From Octopus vulgaris (taxonomy: Eukaryota): 64,000 nucleotides of DNA. The notes below the pieces were generated by a model that had not been told where the DNA came from, did not search any database, and saw only the letters and a list, made by a program, of their open reading frames with translations. A program made the translations under genes and the position numbers. Each line of letters starts with the position of its first letter. Position 1 is the stretch's first letter. The stretch lies in contig OX597833.1 in assembly GCA_951406725.2 (NCBI GenBank), forward strand, positions 5,394,001 to 5,458,000, in the 5' to 3' direction. Shown here in pieces: positions 15,106 through 32,668 of the stretch.

Positions 15106-15163
15106 CAATGGATAAATAGTTAACTTTAAATGCATTTAATAGTTTATCAGACAAAATGAGCTA

Positions 15164-15195
<32 letters not shown>

Positions 15196-16160
15196 TCTCT
15201 TTCTCTCCCTCTCTCTCTCTCTCTCTCTTGTAAACCCGTCCCTACACAGACACATGTAATGGAGGACAAAGACCACTTATCTACACTGACGATACTGAAA
15301 GAAACGCATAACATGAAATTAAGGTCCTACCAAAGCTAATGGAAGACAGAGACTTCTGATGCATTGTGGCGTAACACATCACGATTAAGACCTCTTAACG
15401 AGAATATGAGTGTGTGTGTGGGGGTGCTTCTTTGTGTGTGTGTGTGTGTGTATGGGGGGGGTTCTTGTTTGTGTGTGTGTATGTGTGTAAGTCTGACTGC
15501 TCTTATCTCTTTTGCGTTGTCTTAATTTATGCGAGGTAAGGCGTTGTGTTGCATTCGATGTTCGGCTTATTGACGTCAAGATGACCAACGTAACGGTCTT
15601 TCTATTGTTAAAGATAACTTGATAATTTTCTGATCCCTGAAGCTGCCTTCATTCCTTTTGAAATAGTTTTGTTTCTGTGTTACTTGGTCGAAATATTAAC
15701 TTTCCCTCGTAAATAATTACTTGAAATAACCATTTTTCATTAAGTGACACATTTCTTTTGTCCTGGATTTTGTTCTGACAAGCACATGCAAGTTTCTATA
15801 CGACTATAACTGACCTTGACGTTAGTCTTATTAAACAATTTGCGCTGCTTATGAATAACTGACAAAACATTTTTCAAAAGCTAAGCTAAGAAACGCCTAA
15901 CGGCATTTGAATTATTCTTTTTGCTGGAGGGAAAGTCAAACCAGACATTACTGAATTTTTCTGTTTGTTTCGTTGTTGATACCGCTTGAAGTAAAACTAA
16001 TTTTCTTTTTTTATTGAAATCCATTATTTTTTTTAGCAATTGTAATAACTGACAGCTTCGTTGAAAGTTGCCTTGCCAGGGAATATAAAATATTGCTCAA
16101 CTTATATTGCTGACTAAAGATTTAATACATTAGATTTTTTAAAACCATCTCTCTCCCTCC

Positions 16161-16257
<97 letters not shown>

Positions 16258-16309
16258 GACAGATATATATACACAGATATATTTACGGATATATATATAT
16301 ATATGTATA

Positions 16310-16350
<41 letters not shown>

Positions 16351-16859
16351 GATATATATATACGGATATATATATATATATGCATACATAAGCACACACA
16401 CACTCACGCACATGCATACAGACTTGTATATGCACATATATATATATATATATGTAGGTAGATATATTTACACACGCACACATACATAAGTCAAGGTACA
16501 TATACACGTATAAACAAACATATGTATGTATGTATGTATATATACACACACATATGGGGTGAGTGTGTATTTAGTTACTGTGTATAAAACAACATTCATT
16601 TTCTAAATTTATTCGGTTCACTGACGGATATTATTTCATTTTAATTTGTAAACATGAGTTTACATCTATATATATGTATGTAGGTGTGTGTCCATTGGTA
16701 TGTGTTTATGTTTGTGTATATGTATACCATATGCTATACATGTTGGTATGTGTTTGTGTTTGTCTTACTGTGAATACAAACATGTATGCATGTTGCATGC
16801 ATGTATGAATGTATGTATATATGTACGTACACGCACAAACATATATACATACACACACA

Positions 16860-16953
<94 letters not shown>

Positions 16954-16973
16954 TATATTATATATATAATATA

Positions 16974-17018
<45 letters not shown>

Positions 17019-17262
17019 TACACACATGCACACAAATACAGACACACACACACTCACACATGTCTTTCCATTCACTGAAAGTATAAAAGGAGTGTATCTA
17101 TATATTTTTTTTTAATTTCGTATCACAGCTAAGCCTTTCTGGTACTTCAATTTATTTCGGTCTTCTGCCTCATACCGTATTACCCCTAAAAATTATAATT
17201 TAATTAATGATGACCCAACACAAGCACAATTATGATAATTAAGCTATCACTACTGCACTAAC

Positions 17263-17310
<48 letters not shown>

Positions 17311-17539
17311 CCCCCCTCTCTCTATTCTGTTTTACTAGATATGTTTTTCTCCGACTATCGAAAGGACTCTCCTGATTATTAAATATATATATAAACACTT
17401 TATACAAATGTAAATTTTGTATTTTGGGGTTCTATACTTTCTACTACATATACAATTTTGTCACTCCTATTAGCAAACGCAACACGTGTAATGGTGAATA
17501 AATGATACCCCCAAATTTCCAATCTATTGTTTTGATATA

Positions 17540-17575
<36 letters not shown>

Positions 17576-17662
17576 TATGTGTTTGCAGTGCGTGTGTGTG
17601 TATACACACATATACATGCATATTTATTCATTCATTCATTCATTTATTTGTATATACACATT

Positions 17663-18101
<439 letters not shown>

Positions 18102-18258
18102 TACATGTTACTCCCAATAAATTTGTTGAGTGCCCTTCTTTCGTCTGTCCACTCACTCGAATACATACATACATACATACATACATACATACATACATAC
18201 ATACATACATACATACATACATACATACATACATACATGCACACATACATACATACAT

Positions 18259-18415
18259 AGGGAGAGTTTACGAAAAAACAAAAGACGAAGACAGGTGGTG
18301 TACAAAACAAACAAATGTATTAGTATAACGCTCAGGAATAGAAAAAGTATTTTACATTTCGAGCCTACGCTCTTCTACAGAATGGGACACAGAAAAAACA
18401 AGGAGAGAGAAAAAA

Positions 18416-18417
<2 letters not shown>
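18259..18417 (-). mobile_element. Family H1 Penelope-like terminal fragment with hammerhead-like motif
   Basis: Minus strand ctgtaga-a-gagcgtaggctc-gaaa-tg-ta, between (TACA)n and (TA)n. Confidence 0.6.
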
Positions 18418-18490
<73 letters not shown>

Positions 18491-18969
18491 CACACGCTCA
18501 AACACACACTCAATACCCGAAGCAGGAAGGACCTGGCGTATCAAATGTTAAAACAAATTAAGGAATACGAGAATCCAGCATCTGTTAACAACGCTTTTTA
18601 TTATGTTGTTACTGATGTTGTTCTTAGTGTTGTTCTGCGAGTTGTTGTTGTTATTGTTGTTATTGTTGTTGTTGTTATGATATTGATATTTATATCATTG
18701 TTATTCTTATTATTTACCGTTGCTCGTTTCACGTCAACGTTTGTTTTATATTCGTTTCATTATTTTAATGCGAATATAATTATTGCAGCTGTAATGGCTG
18801 TTGTTGTTGTTGTTGTTGTTCCTTTGCTTATTCTGTCGTTCGCTTTCGCTTAGTGAATTGTGCCTGGGCCTTTGCCATTCCCCACAATGTAATAACGGCC
18901 ATGTTGTGTAGCATCGTTTTGTAATCCTAAGGGAGTGATCGTTTAGCGGTAGTGGAATGAATGCTCTGT

Positions 18970-18989
18970 AATAGTAGTAGTAGTAGTAG

Positions 18990-19020
<31 letters not shown>

Positions 19021-19161
19021 AGTAGCAGCAGCAACAACAGCAACAACAGAAATAGTAGTAGTAGTAGTAATAGTAACAGCCGCAGTAGTAGTAACAGCAG
19101 CAGCAGTTGTAGTAGCAGTAGTAGTATTAGCAGCAGCAGCAGTAGTAGTAGTAGCAGTAGC

Positions 19162-19205
<44 letters not shown>

Positions 19206-19215
19206 CAGTAGTAGT

Positions 19216-19247
<32 letters not shown>

Positions 19248-19360
19248 TAGTAGCAGTAGTAGTAGTAGTAGTAGTAGTAGTAGCAGCTATAGTAGTCGTA
19301 GTTTTAGTAATAGTAGTAGTTGTTGTTGTTGTAGTGGTGGTGGTAGTGGTGGTGGTGGAA
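18970..19360. repeat. (AGT)n/(AGC)n/(TGT)n trinucleotide array
   Basis: Directly visible. Confidence 0.95.
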
Positions 19361-19567
19361 GTGAGACGTCATGTGGTAGAGATGACCAATCGTATCTGCA
19401 ATGATTGTAACCATGGGAACTAGATTCATTTCCTCATTATGAGCCGTTGGAGAAATGATATTAGGAAAGGTATGAACATCACACATTCCTCTCCCTCTTC
19501 CATCAGCTTCCCTCAATTAAACCCAAGGGATCACAGTTTACTAGCATAACCAATATATATATATATA

Positions 19568-19776
19568 CTTTATTTAAAGCAGCAGAAAATTCAACAAAAT
19601 CTGTTACTCTGAGTTTCCCGTTTCTAGCAAAAACTGTCCGATGAACGGCAACGGGAAACTCAGAGTAACAGATTTTGTTGAATTTTCTGGTGCTTTAAAT
19701 AAAGCATATTACTCTACCACTGGTTTTTGAGTACTCTTTTTTCCACCTTGTTTCACATTTATGTGTTTACTCCGGT

Positions 19777-19778
<2 letters not shown>
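19568..19778 (+). mobile_element. Penelope-like terminal fragment with 55-bp inverted repeat, in (TA)n
   Basis: Arms 19568-19622 and 19650-19704 (one mismatch). Contains a hammerhead-like fold and AATAAA. Confidence 0.7.
19628..19677 (+). ncRNA. Minimal type I hammerhead ribozyme-like motif (C4 variant)
   Basis: caaaaactgt-CCGATGA-a-cg gcaa cg-g-GAAA-ctc a gag-TA-acagattttg. Stem I pairs 9 of 10, stem II has a GCAA loop, stem III is near-palindromic. Confidence 0.65.
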
Positions 19779-19838
<60 letters not shown>

Positions 19839-20114
19839 TGTATATTACTTTCATGCAATACCTTTTTAAAGACATGCCCATGCTGGAGCCCAACGGGTTT
19901 AGGGTGCCAGTTGCAAACCTATGCATGATTGAGTTACATTCCAAGGAATCCCGGTGCAGAGCTTTACCTGTGAATCCCTAAAGGTGTGAAAGTGACTCTA
20001 CTTGTTAATTAATAGTTCGTAATATTTCCAAATTTCGGAATAAGGTTAATAATTCTTGAGGATGGTTGAGTCGATTACAAATACATACAGGGGTGTAGGG
20101 TTGAATGTATGCAG

Positions 20115-20204
<90 letters not shown>

Positions 20205-20380
20205 ACATACATACATACATACATACTTACATATATAACGATGACTTCCCTTTGCAAATACTGATGGGGCACAGTGTTTCAATAACCAGCTGGAGGGGAT
20301 GTCTTCCTGGGGCTACAAGCAGCAGTAGCATCAACCCTTAAGGGTTAGCCACATTTAGGTGGCAAATATATTCCACGATA

Positions 20381-20411
<31 letters not shown>

Positions 20412-20448
20412 GTGTGTATGTATATATGTAAGTATATCTATCTATCTA

Positions 20449-20513
<65 letters not shown>

Positions 20514-20625
20514 ATGTGTGTATGTAAATATGTATATATATATATATATATGTATGTATACATGTATGCACATATATATGTATCTCTCTCTTTCTTTCTC
20601 TCTCTCTCTCTATATATATATATAT

Positions 20626-20999
20626 TCTTTTATTCTTTTACTTGTTTCAGTCATTTGATTGCGGCCAAGACTTATTTCTTGTAAGCCTAGTACTCATTCT
20701 ATTGGTTTATTTTGTCGAACCGCTAGTTTATGAAAACGTAAACATACCAACATCGGCTGCCAAGCGATGGTGGGGGGACAAACATTGTCACACAAACACA
20801 CACACGCACACATTCAAACACGCATACACATATAAACGACGGGTTTCTTTCTGTTTCCGTCTACCAAATCCACTCACAAGGCTTTGGTCGGCCCGAGGGT
20901 ATAGTAGAAGACACTTGCCCAAGGTGGCACGCACTGGGACCGAACCCGGAGCCATGTGGTTGAGAAGCAAGCTTCTTACCACACAACCGCTCCTGTGCC
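20626..20999 (-). mobile_element. SINE family A with internal deletion
   Basis: Reverse complement of the family A consensus. It lacks the ctggagcaccgcc...gaccccag segment. Confidence 0.88.
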
Positions 21000-21307
21000 T
21001 ATATATAAACATATATATACATACATAAAATCATATATACGTATATATATTGATATATTGTTAGATATAAATAATTACACAAACACACACACATATATAT
21101 ATACTTATAGATACAAAAACATGCATACAGATATAGATATATATAATTAATACCCCCCCAAAAAAAAAAACTAAAGAAAAAACACAATATATATATATAT
21201 ATATATGCGTACATACACTCACGCACATATACCTTAGTATGCCCGACCCCCTCTCGCTCTCTGTCTGTCTGTCAGTCTGCCTGACTCTCTCTCTCTCTCT
21301 CCCTCTT

Positions 21308-21346
<39 letters not shown>

Positions 21347-21509
21347 AACACACACACTCACCAACGTGTCTCAATCATGTTTTGGACTAAGATGAACTCA
21401 GAAATTAAGTTTCCACTTAACTTACATATTTTTATAACATCCATTTTAACCCCGCTCACCTCCTCCCCACACCCACATACCCCCACTTCACCCCACCCCT
21501 ACAGCCTCA

Positions 21510-22890
21510 ATAATTACTACCACCACCACCACCACCACCACCATCACCTTTAACTAACGCAGCCCCTCCGAACCCTTTAGCCGCTACCACCTCTTCTCTG
21601 AAACACAAGACATACAACTATCACATCACCTTTATCAGCATCGCCGCCATATTTCCTCGACGACTATAACAACGCCATCACCACCAGCTCCACAACCATA
21701 ACCACCACCACCACCATCATCACTTCCACCTCCAGCCCCACCATCACAACCACCGTCATCATTACCATCATCACCACAACCACCACCACCACCAGCACCA
21801 CCACTATCACCACCACCACCACCACCATCACCACAACCATTATCATCACCATAACCACCACCACCATCATCATCCCTTCCACCTCCAGCCCACCCCACAA
21901 CTACCACCCCATCACCGTCATCACGGCGACGACCAGACGACCACGACCACGACCACTACCACCACCACCATCAACATCATCACCACCACAACCACCCACC
22001 ATCGCCAATACCACCACCACTACCTGCACCATCACTAGAATCACCAATTTCTCAACTATGAAACACAAAAATACCACAGTATACGACATCACTGCACTAC
22101 GGTGACCATCCCTCCACATCGACGCGCCACCTTCATCGCATTATCATCAACGATAACACTAGCAATATCCAGAACCGCGGCGAAACAATCCGGCAATCAA
22201 TATGGTCGCCTTTGCAACCAATGCGGCGCCATTAGAGACCCATACCAACATTTGCGCCACCGCCATATTACCACCAACAACACCACCACCAACACCGCCA
22301 TCGCCCACGCCGCCGCCGCCACCAACCAACCATCACCACCAACAACATCAGGAACAGCAACAACAACGACAACGGCGCCGCAAACACACCAAAACCACCA
22401 CCACCAATACCGTAAAACCACCACCACTACCAACGCCGCAAAAACCACCACCACCACTATCATCGTCACGCCGACGCCCCCACCCTACCACAACTACCAC
22501 CTCTACCACCATCACCAACACCGCAAAAACCACCACCACCACTAACAACAACAACGTCCCAAAATCTCCGCCACCACAACCACCACCACCACTACTACTA
22601 CCACCGCTATAACTGCCAACATCCGCAGACATCCACGAACACGAATCACACACTAACATTCAAAACGATCGCCATTGCAACTCCTAAGCCGCCATTACAT
22701 GCAACTGTCAACCAAAAACCTACATCGCCGCCATATTACCACGACAACCACACCACCACTATTAACCTCCACCGTCGCTATAATCATCAGTCTCTCGAGC
22801 GAACTACCCTAAAAACATCGCAACCCTACACCGCACCACAACGCACACCACCACCTCAAATCACCACCGTCGTATCACCGCCAACACTAC
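21510..22890. repeat. Degenerate (ACC/ATC/AAC)n low-complexity region
   Basis: C/A-rich triplet repeats, giving poly-T/H/P pseudo-ORFs. Confidence 0.9.
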
Positions 22891-23257
22891 CAAAAACATC
22901 GATGGCAGCAAAATATACTAACATTCAAAATGGCTGCCATCACAGCAAGCAGACCTCTGTTGCTTGTTTACGATTACTAACCCGGCAGCTATGTGCAGTT
23001 GTGACAAGCTGTACAACAGCTGATGGCGGGTCGGAAGCACCTGATATAAGACAGGATTATTTATATTAAAAGAGATAATATTTTGAATTGCTACTCTTAA
23101 TTAGCATCCTAATTATATCTTTTCGACACATCTGCTTAGACACACACGCATGGGCACTTTGAACGTATTCACACTGATGTACACAAACACACGCACATAT
23201 GTACACACATGTTAACATAGTTTTTTTTTATACGTAAATCATATGTAATATGCGAGC

Positions 23258-23342
<85 letters not shown>

Positions 23343-23761
23343 GATGTGTATATATACATACACGCATACAGATATACGTACATACATATCTATATGTTTG
23401 CATAAATATACACACATATACATTGCACATAATCTTGTCTATCTATCTATCTATATAAATATATATATATACGCATATATACATACATACATGTACATAC
23501 GCATTCGTATAAATGCATACATACACATACAAGAATTCCAACCTTGTCTGATTTTCACGTTTTATTTACAATCTTATAATGATATATTATAAGATAATAT
23601 ATTATAATTGAATAAAATAAAATGAAATAGTAGAATGTTAAATATTCATTCTGATTGAACTAGTACTTTCATGCATTGAATTCTGCAATCTTCGGGTTCA
23701 TGTAGTAGTGTTGACAGTCATGCTTCACAATTTTTGACTGTATATATGTATATATACATAC

Positions 23762-23814
<53 letters not shown>

Positions 23815-25038
23815 CATGTGTCCGTATGTATGCATAGTAACTGAAGTGACAACAGCTTTATTATACATACCGGATTACACATGTGCTTCCACTACGTGCC
23901 AGGGTGTACAAATAATCGGATGCGTAAACACACAGAGGAAGATCTTTCACCATCTGACAACCAAATGAATAACCATCTCACATTAAGTTAAGCACAATAT
24001 ACATCAGCGGGACGAAAAACGTAGAACACAAGATGCATATCATATTGAGGTGAAATTCCTATGAAATTATAATCCAAGATCAGCTGGACATATTATATTG
24101 ACTCGTTCTTATATGGAGAAATCTCGTTGCCAAAAACGAAAGCAGTGATTTGGAAGAAAAGAATAGGCGCCATTGCTGGGCTAAACATTATATATAAACA
24201 TAGCACAACCTGTCTCTAATTTTTCCAAAATCGTTTTGTGTTTAAGTATAAAAGCTGATGAAAAAGCTGGTGGAAAGAAGAGAAACATGGGGCTGTGCAG
24301 CATAAGCTTTCATGAGCAAACTGTACTATAGAAAACAGCCTCAGAGACATAGTGAGAGTATTATTTTACTTGTTTCGGTCATTTTGGCTGTAGCCATACT
24401 GGAGCACTACATTTTTGTCGAAGATGTCCCAGGATTTATGACCTCAATATGTACACAATGTATATTTACAATGTTGAGAAGCGGCTGGATCTGGTAACAT
24501 TTTCGACCGGCGTTTAGAATGGAAATTACACAAAAGAAATCGCCATATTTGCTAGTTGAATGTTAACCGTTTTAAACAATATTTATAAACGACTGCTTTG
24601 AAATGTGCTGCTTCCTTCTTCGGATTACAAACGAAGAATTATAACATTCTACTCGGTTAATAACTGCCTAAATAACAATTTAGAAAAGCCGGGAGTTATT
24701 AGAAAAGAAAATATGCACTTCATAAATACGGTTTGTAAGAGGAACAGTAAAAATATACAAGACTTTCTTAAATTTCTATATGGAGCTATTATTGTTGTTA
24801 TCCAAATTCCATTGAGGGCGCTTTTGTTTCTAGGAAGAATCCATTTCGTGTTTTATTAGTAAGATTCAATTAAAAAAATTGATATACATACACCAAGATG
24901 TCTAAAAGCCTGCTTACTTGTACACACTCACAAGCAGTCTCACACATACATCTATGCATGTAAACATACATATATTCATACATACAAATATGTACTCACA
25001 TGTATATACAGACATATACACATAACTACTCACACATA

Positions 25039-25091
<53 letters not shown>

Positions 25092-25214
25092 GCATATTTA
25101 CGCACGCATGCGTACAAACATACGCGCATTTATATAAACATAATCATACATATCTACAAATACATACGTACACACATATGTAACTCACACACACACACTC
25201 ACACAAATATACTC

Positions 25215-26214
<1,000 letters not shown>

Positions 26215-26544
26215 GCCAGCCAGGAATCAATTTTACGCATGATCACTCAATCCTGGTGTCACTGCAGACTCCCTCGGCTGTTAACGGAGCGAAGATGACC
26301 GCCACCTCTCTCTTACACCACCACCACCACCGACGCCGCCGCCGACGCCACTGGCACATCACGTTGTTGGTGGTGGCAACAGGTAGAAGTGGCAGTGGCG
26401 GTGGTGGTGGTGGTGGTGGTGGTGGTTGTGGTGGTGGTGGCGGGTGGGGTCGGTGGTGGTAGTCGTGGTGTTTGAGATAGTAAGGAGTGAAGTCTTACAG
26501 GCTAAAAATCTCGAATTTCATGACCTCGAAGTACACGGAAAGGT

Positions 26545-26631
<87 letters not shown>

Positions 26632-27044
26632 TGGTGGTAGTGGTAGTAAATAGTAATAGTAGTATTAGTAGAGATGGTAGAAGTAGTAGTAGTGGTGGTG
26701 GTGGTGGTAGTGGTAGTAGTAGTAGAGATGGTAGTAGTAGTAGTAGATGGTGGTGGTGGTAATAGTGGTGGTAGTGGTGGTATTAGTGGTGGTGGTGGTG
26801 GTGGTGTAATGGCATTTAGAGGAGGAATAATGTTTTCCAATTCAGGCGAAAAGCTCGCAGTTTTTGACGGGAAACAGAATATTGTTCTTGTACAGCAATA
26901 AATCTACTTTGAATTGCTCAGACACAACCACCAACCAACTACCACCACCACCACGAACACCATCACCATCACCTCCACCACCACCGCGACTACCACTACC
27001 ACAAACACCGTCACCATCACCACGACCATGACAACAACTTTCTC

Positions 27045-27285
27045 CACGGAGGTCGACTTTACCTTTTATCCTTTCGGGGTCGATAAATTAAGTACCAGTT
27101 GCATACTGGAGTCGATCTAATCGACTGACATCTCCTCCCCAAAAATTTCAGGCCTTGTGCCTCGAGTAGAAAAGAATAAATCAAGTACCAGTTACGCACT
27201 GGGATCGATGTAATCGACTTAATCCCTTTGTCTGTCCTTGTTTGTCCCCTCTGTGTTTAGTCCCCATCCCTGGTGGGCAATAAGT
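27045..27285 (+). mobile_element. SINE family B 3' fragments (two pieces)
   Basis: gaggtcgacttt...cctttcggggtcgataaattaagtaccag, then a second agtaccagttacgcactggg...ggcaataa. Confidence 0.8.
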
Positions 27286-27540
27286 AGATAAATATCGAAT
27301 AAATATTCTGAATACATACGCTGGTTAGCGCTAAGTATGGAATACTGTAAGCAATAAAGGATGATGTTTTTGACGAATATGAAATTACGGAAACCGCTTC
27401 AAGGTTTCGTAAATAAATATTGATTCCGATCTATTCCATCTCGATCACAGACTTTTTTAATTAATTTTCTTTTTAAACTAATTAGTTTGAAACTTTGAAT
27501 ACTGGTAGAATAAACCCTCCTAAATACTTATATTGACGTC

Positions 27541-28450
<910 letters not shown>

Positions 28451-28817
28451 TCCTTTAGAATCTATCAAGAATTTGCACCAAAGACCTCAGCAGGATCCCT
28501 AAATGGTTAAGAAATAATGAATAAAATACGTTCAAATGAAACAAAATAACTAAAAGCCTGCCTTTGTGTTAAGTAAGAGGGAAGCTGTTCCCTCGTCCCC
28601 TATTAATGTCCAATTATGACGCCTAGATGTGCCAGTTCTATATTGCAAGGGTGTTATATAGGACCCAGTTCACGTTTGTTAGAAATGGTTAAGAAATTGA
28701 TATGCTTGAGAGCGGTGCTATCACGGCACATAAAACCCCACGCCGCCAAACAATCGCGCAGATACATGCGTGTAAACACGTATACACAAGGGTATGAGGT
28801 CGGTGCATGTGCGTGTA

Positions 28818-28916
<99 letters not shown>

Positions 28917-29339
28917 GCGAGAGTAAAATTAGTGAGAACAGAATAAAGGAGCTGGGAGAGGGACGGGGATTTGAGATTGCGAGCAAATTGTCTGTGTATG
29001 TGTGTGTGCATGGTGTGTGTGTGTGTGTGTGTATGTGGTGTGTGGTGTGCGTGAGTCGTGTGTGTGTGTGCGCGTGTGTGTGTCTGTGCATACATACATA
29101 CATACACTCATACATACATACATACGTATACGTATATATGTGTATATATTTGATACAGATACATAAATACGTGTGAAGAAACACGCAAATATATGTATGT
29201 ATGTATGTATGTATGTATATATATATATGTGTGTGTGTGAGTGTGTGTGTGTGTGTGTATACCTAAGTACTCCAGCATGGCTGTAATCTAAAGATTGAAA
29301 CAATTAAAGATTTATACACACATACACACACACACACAC

Positions 29340-29494
29340 TGTTTTTTTCTCTCTGTGTATCTTTCTGTTGAAGAGCGTAGGCTCGAAACGTTAAAGACTT
29401 GTTTTATTTATATTTCCTGAGCGCCATACTAATACAATTGTTTGTTTGTTTTCCACCTGCCTTCGTCTTTTGTCTATTTTCATAAAGCTTCCCG

Positions 29495-29497
<3 letters not shown>
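29340..29497 (+). mobile_element. Family H1 Penelope-like terminal fragment with hammerhead-like motif (29360-29397)
   Basis: tcttt-CTGTTGA-a-gagc gtag gctc-GAAA-cg-TT-aaaga. Nearly identical to the corresponding part of 32228-32428. Ends at (TA)n. Confidence 0.7.
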
Positions 29498-29534
<37 letters not shown>

Positions 29535-29929
29535 GCAAACACAGAAATGTGTGTGTGTGTGCGTATGCGGCGTGCGTCTGATATATATATATATATATAT
29601 ACTTTAATGAACTTTGGAAATCTGTTTATGTTACTTAATTATCTACATTACTTCATGAGTATAGCCTCAACCACTAGGATGTCTAGAGAACTCACATGTA
29701 TTTTAGCTGATGAGTACGGGACACGTTTATATGCTGTAATTTTTGCAACTTTTAATAAAGCCTGTCCTTGTATGAAACGATTGTACTAAAAACCTATCCA
29801 TTCTTGTTGCTTCTTTCTCGCTTATAATCACCCCACATTACTGTATTGTTAAATCAGTATAGTTTTTTTTTGGTGCATCTAAGTTAGGTACCATATTCAA
29901 GTTAATTCATTTAAATTAGCTTGAATCTT

Positions 29930-29971
<42 letters not shown>

Positions 29972-30417
29972 TATGCGAGTCTCCCAAAAATAAGATGGCG
30001 AAGAAGATGAAATAAGAAGAGATATTGTTCTTTGTCTCATGTATACTCTTTGACGTTTGATGGTTTCTAGTTGTAGTCGCAGAGATATGTTGCCACATTC
30101 CAAGACCATTTAAATCGAATGCTATGACAGCTTGTTTTCATTTTAGGTAGTGGTGGCCACTATTAGAATTGATGCAAAATTTCCTGGTGATGGTGGTGCT
30201 GGTGCTGGTGGTGTTTGTAGTGGTTGTTTTAGTGGTGCTCATAAATAAGTTTTCTGATTTTTAATTCCAACAAACCTGATCTCTTTTAGCGTCAAATCAA
30301 CCAAACGTCGGTTCAACTTTACACATCGTGGATCGTGGGTCTCTGGTGGTCTCTAGAATGTCAACGACTCCAAGTGCTTTTAGCATCGTGGAAACGAATC
30401 GAATATTCTTTTGTGAT

Positions 30418-30546
30418 CCATCAAAATCGTAACCAAATACTTTCTATGCCATCGCCAATCTAACGTCACACTTTAGAACCAAAAGTTCTATCGTGTTCCA
30501 AAATCGTAACCAAATTCTTTCTGTGCCGTTCCAACTCTAGCATCAC
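30418..30546. repeat. Degenerate tandem duplication (about 78-bp period)
   Basis: caaaatcgtaaccaaat.ctttct.tgcc occurs at about 30422 and 30499. Confidence 0.7.
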
Positions 30547-31080
30547 GGTTTACAATTCCACTGAAAACTTTCCGGTAAGGAATGGTAAAATATTCTCATT
30601 TTCTCGATATCTTGTATCATTAGACGACATTTAGATCTCATTCTTGTGCTTCCATATCCTGAAGACTTTTTGTCTGCCAGAACCTCAAAGATATCATTGT
30701 TATGTTCTTGATGCTGCATATGTTTTAGTAAGCGAAGGGGCCAATATTTCATTCAGATTTCTTCTGGCGTGTATGTATGTATGTATGTATGTATGTATGT
30801 ATGTATGTATGTATGTATGTATGTATGTATGTTTTATGTGTGTGTGTATGTATGTGTGAGTATCTAATCATGCATGCATGCATGCGTGTATGTATATATG
30901 TATGTAGAGTAAACTTTAGGTAAACAATTGCAGATGGCAGGAACACATTTGTATGTGATGTTACGTATGTATTACATGAAGAAAAATGTCTTAACAGCTG
31001 TTTAGAAAATTCGGCGAATGCTTGATATTATTGCTATTTCAATGTATCCCATATATATATTACATACACGCACATACATA

Positions 31081-31852
31081 CAGGGTGCGATGGGTAAGTT
31101 GTCGCCATTTAATATTTTTAATTTCGCGCATGCGAAACCAGCACCATGATGCAATACACTCTGTCAGAAATTTGGAAACGACATGCTGAACTGCTCGGCA
31201 TTCTCGCTGGAAGCTCCAATACGAACATTTTAATCTGAGGACATGTACTGAAAGTGATAAAAATCAAACATCCAGTCAACATGATGATGTTTGGAGTGAT
31301 CACTAGTGATTGCCACATTATGCTTCAGTTTATCTTCCCACATGGTCTCACACTCAACGTAGAGGTCTACATGAAGTGCTTGGAGGGGGTAGTGCTGCCC
31401 TGGGTCAAGGGGATGGCTGCTGGAAGACCCTATATCTGGCAACAGGACTATGCACACAAGGAGGAGAATCCAGTCATGACTGTCACACAATTTCTGTGAC
31501 CACATCATCCCTAACATCAGCCCACCTAACTCCGGAGACTGCAAACCCCTCAATTATTATGTGTGGGGTGCAGTTGAGCGAGAAACCAACAAAAATCTTT
31601 GTAACACCAAAGATGAAATGAATACAAGGATTACGGCAGCATTCACCAACTTAAACAAAGGAGACCTTCCAGATAAGTTGCAGGAGAATCCGAAGTCATC
31701 TGGAGTCCGTGGTTGAAGCCAAGGGCGATTTTATTGAATAAATTTACTCTTTAGTATTCCAAGATATTTTTATGTAATTTTGGTAAATACATCTGTTAAA
31801 ATGAGATGTCAGTGTTGCGTAATTTAGACGACAATTTATTCACCGCACCTTG
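31081..31852 (+). mobile_element. Internally deleted Tc1/mariner transposon (DD37D/maT-like), transposase pseudogene
   Basis: TIRs cagggtgcgatgggtaagttgtcgcc / gacgacaatttattcaccgcaccttg, both TA-flanked. Peptides KHPVNMMMFGVITSD...VLPW...PYIWQQD and PPNSGDCKPLNYYVWG correspond to SPDxNPxDYxxW. Confidence 0.9.
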
Positions 31853-32120
31853 TATGTAATACGATATATATATATATATATATATATATATTCTTTTATT
31901 CCTTTACTCTTTTACTTGTTTCAGTCATTTAACTGTGGCCGTACTGGAGCACCGCCTTTAGTAAAAAAAAAATCGACCCCAGGAATTATTCTTTGTAAGC
32001 CCAGTACTTATTCTATCGATCTCTTTTGCCGAAACGCTATCTTACTGGATCGTAAATACACCAACATCAGTTGTCAAGTGATGATGGTGGGACAAACATA
32101 GACACACAAACACACACACA

Positions 32121-32478
<358 letters not shown>

Positions 32479-32480
<2 letters not shown>

Positions 32481-32668
32481 GGTCCCGGGTTGAGTCGGGG
32501 TTAACCACAGTAAATAAGGTACTCAATACATAGCAGAGTAAATTAATTTATTTTATAGAAGGAGCTTCTACAGGACTAGAACTGTTTCATTCAAAAGAAA
32601 TCATCAGGAAGCCTGATGATTTCTTTTGAATGTAACAGTTCTAGTCCTGTAGAAGCTCCTTCTATAAA

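Noticed and set aside
21635-22659. Gly-rich, Pro/Thr-rich or His-rich ORFs suggestive of mucin or structural proteins
   Set aside because: Degenerate (ACC)n low complexity, open in several frames on both strands, with no splice or domain evidence.
29700-29760. CTGATGA-gtacgggac followed by AATAAA as a possible hammerhead
   Set aside because: There is no GAAA after stem II and no convincing stem I. It is at best a remnant.
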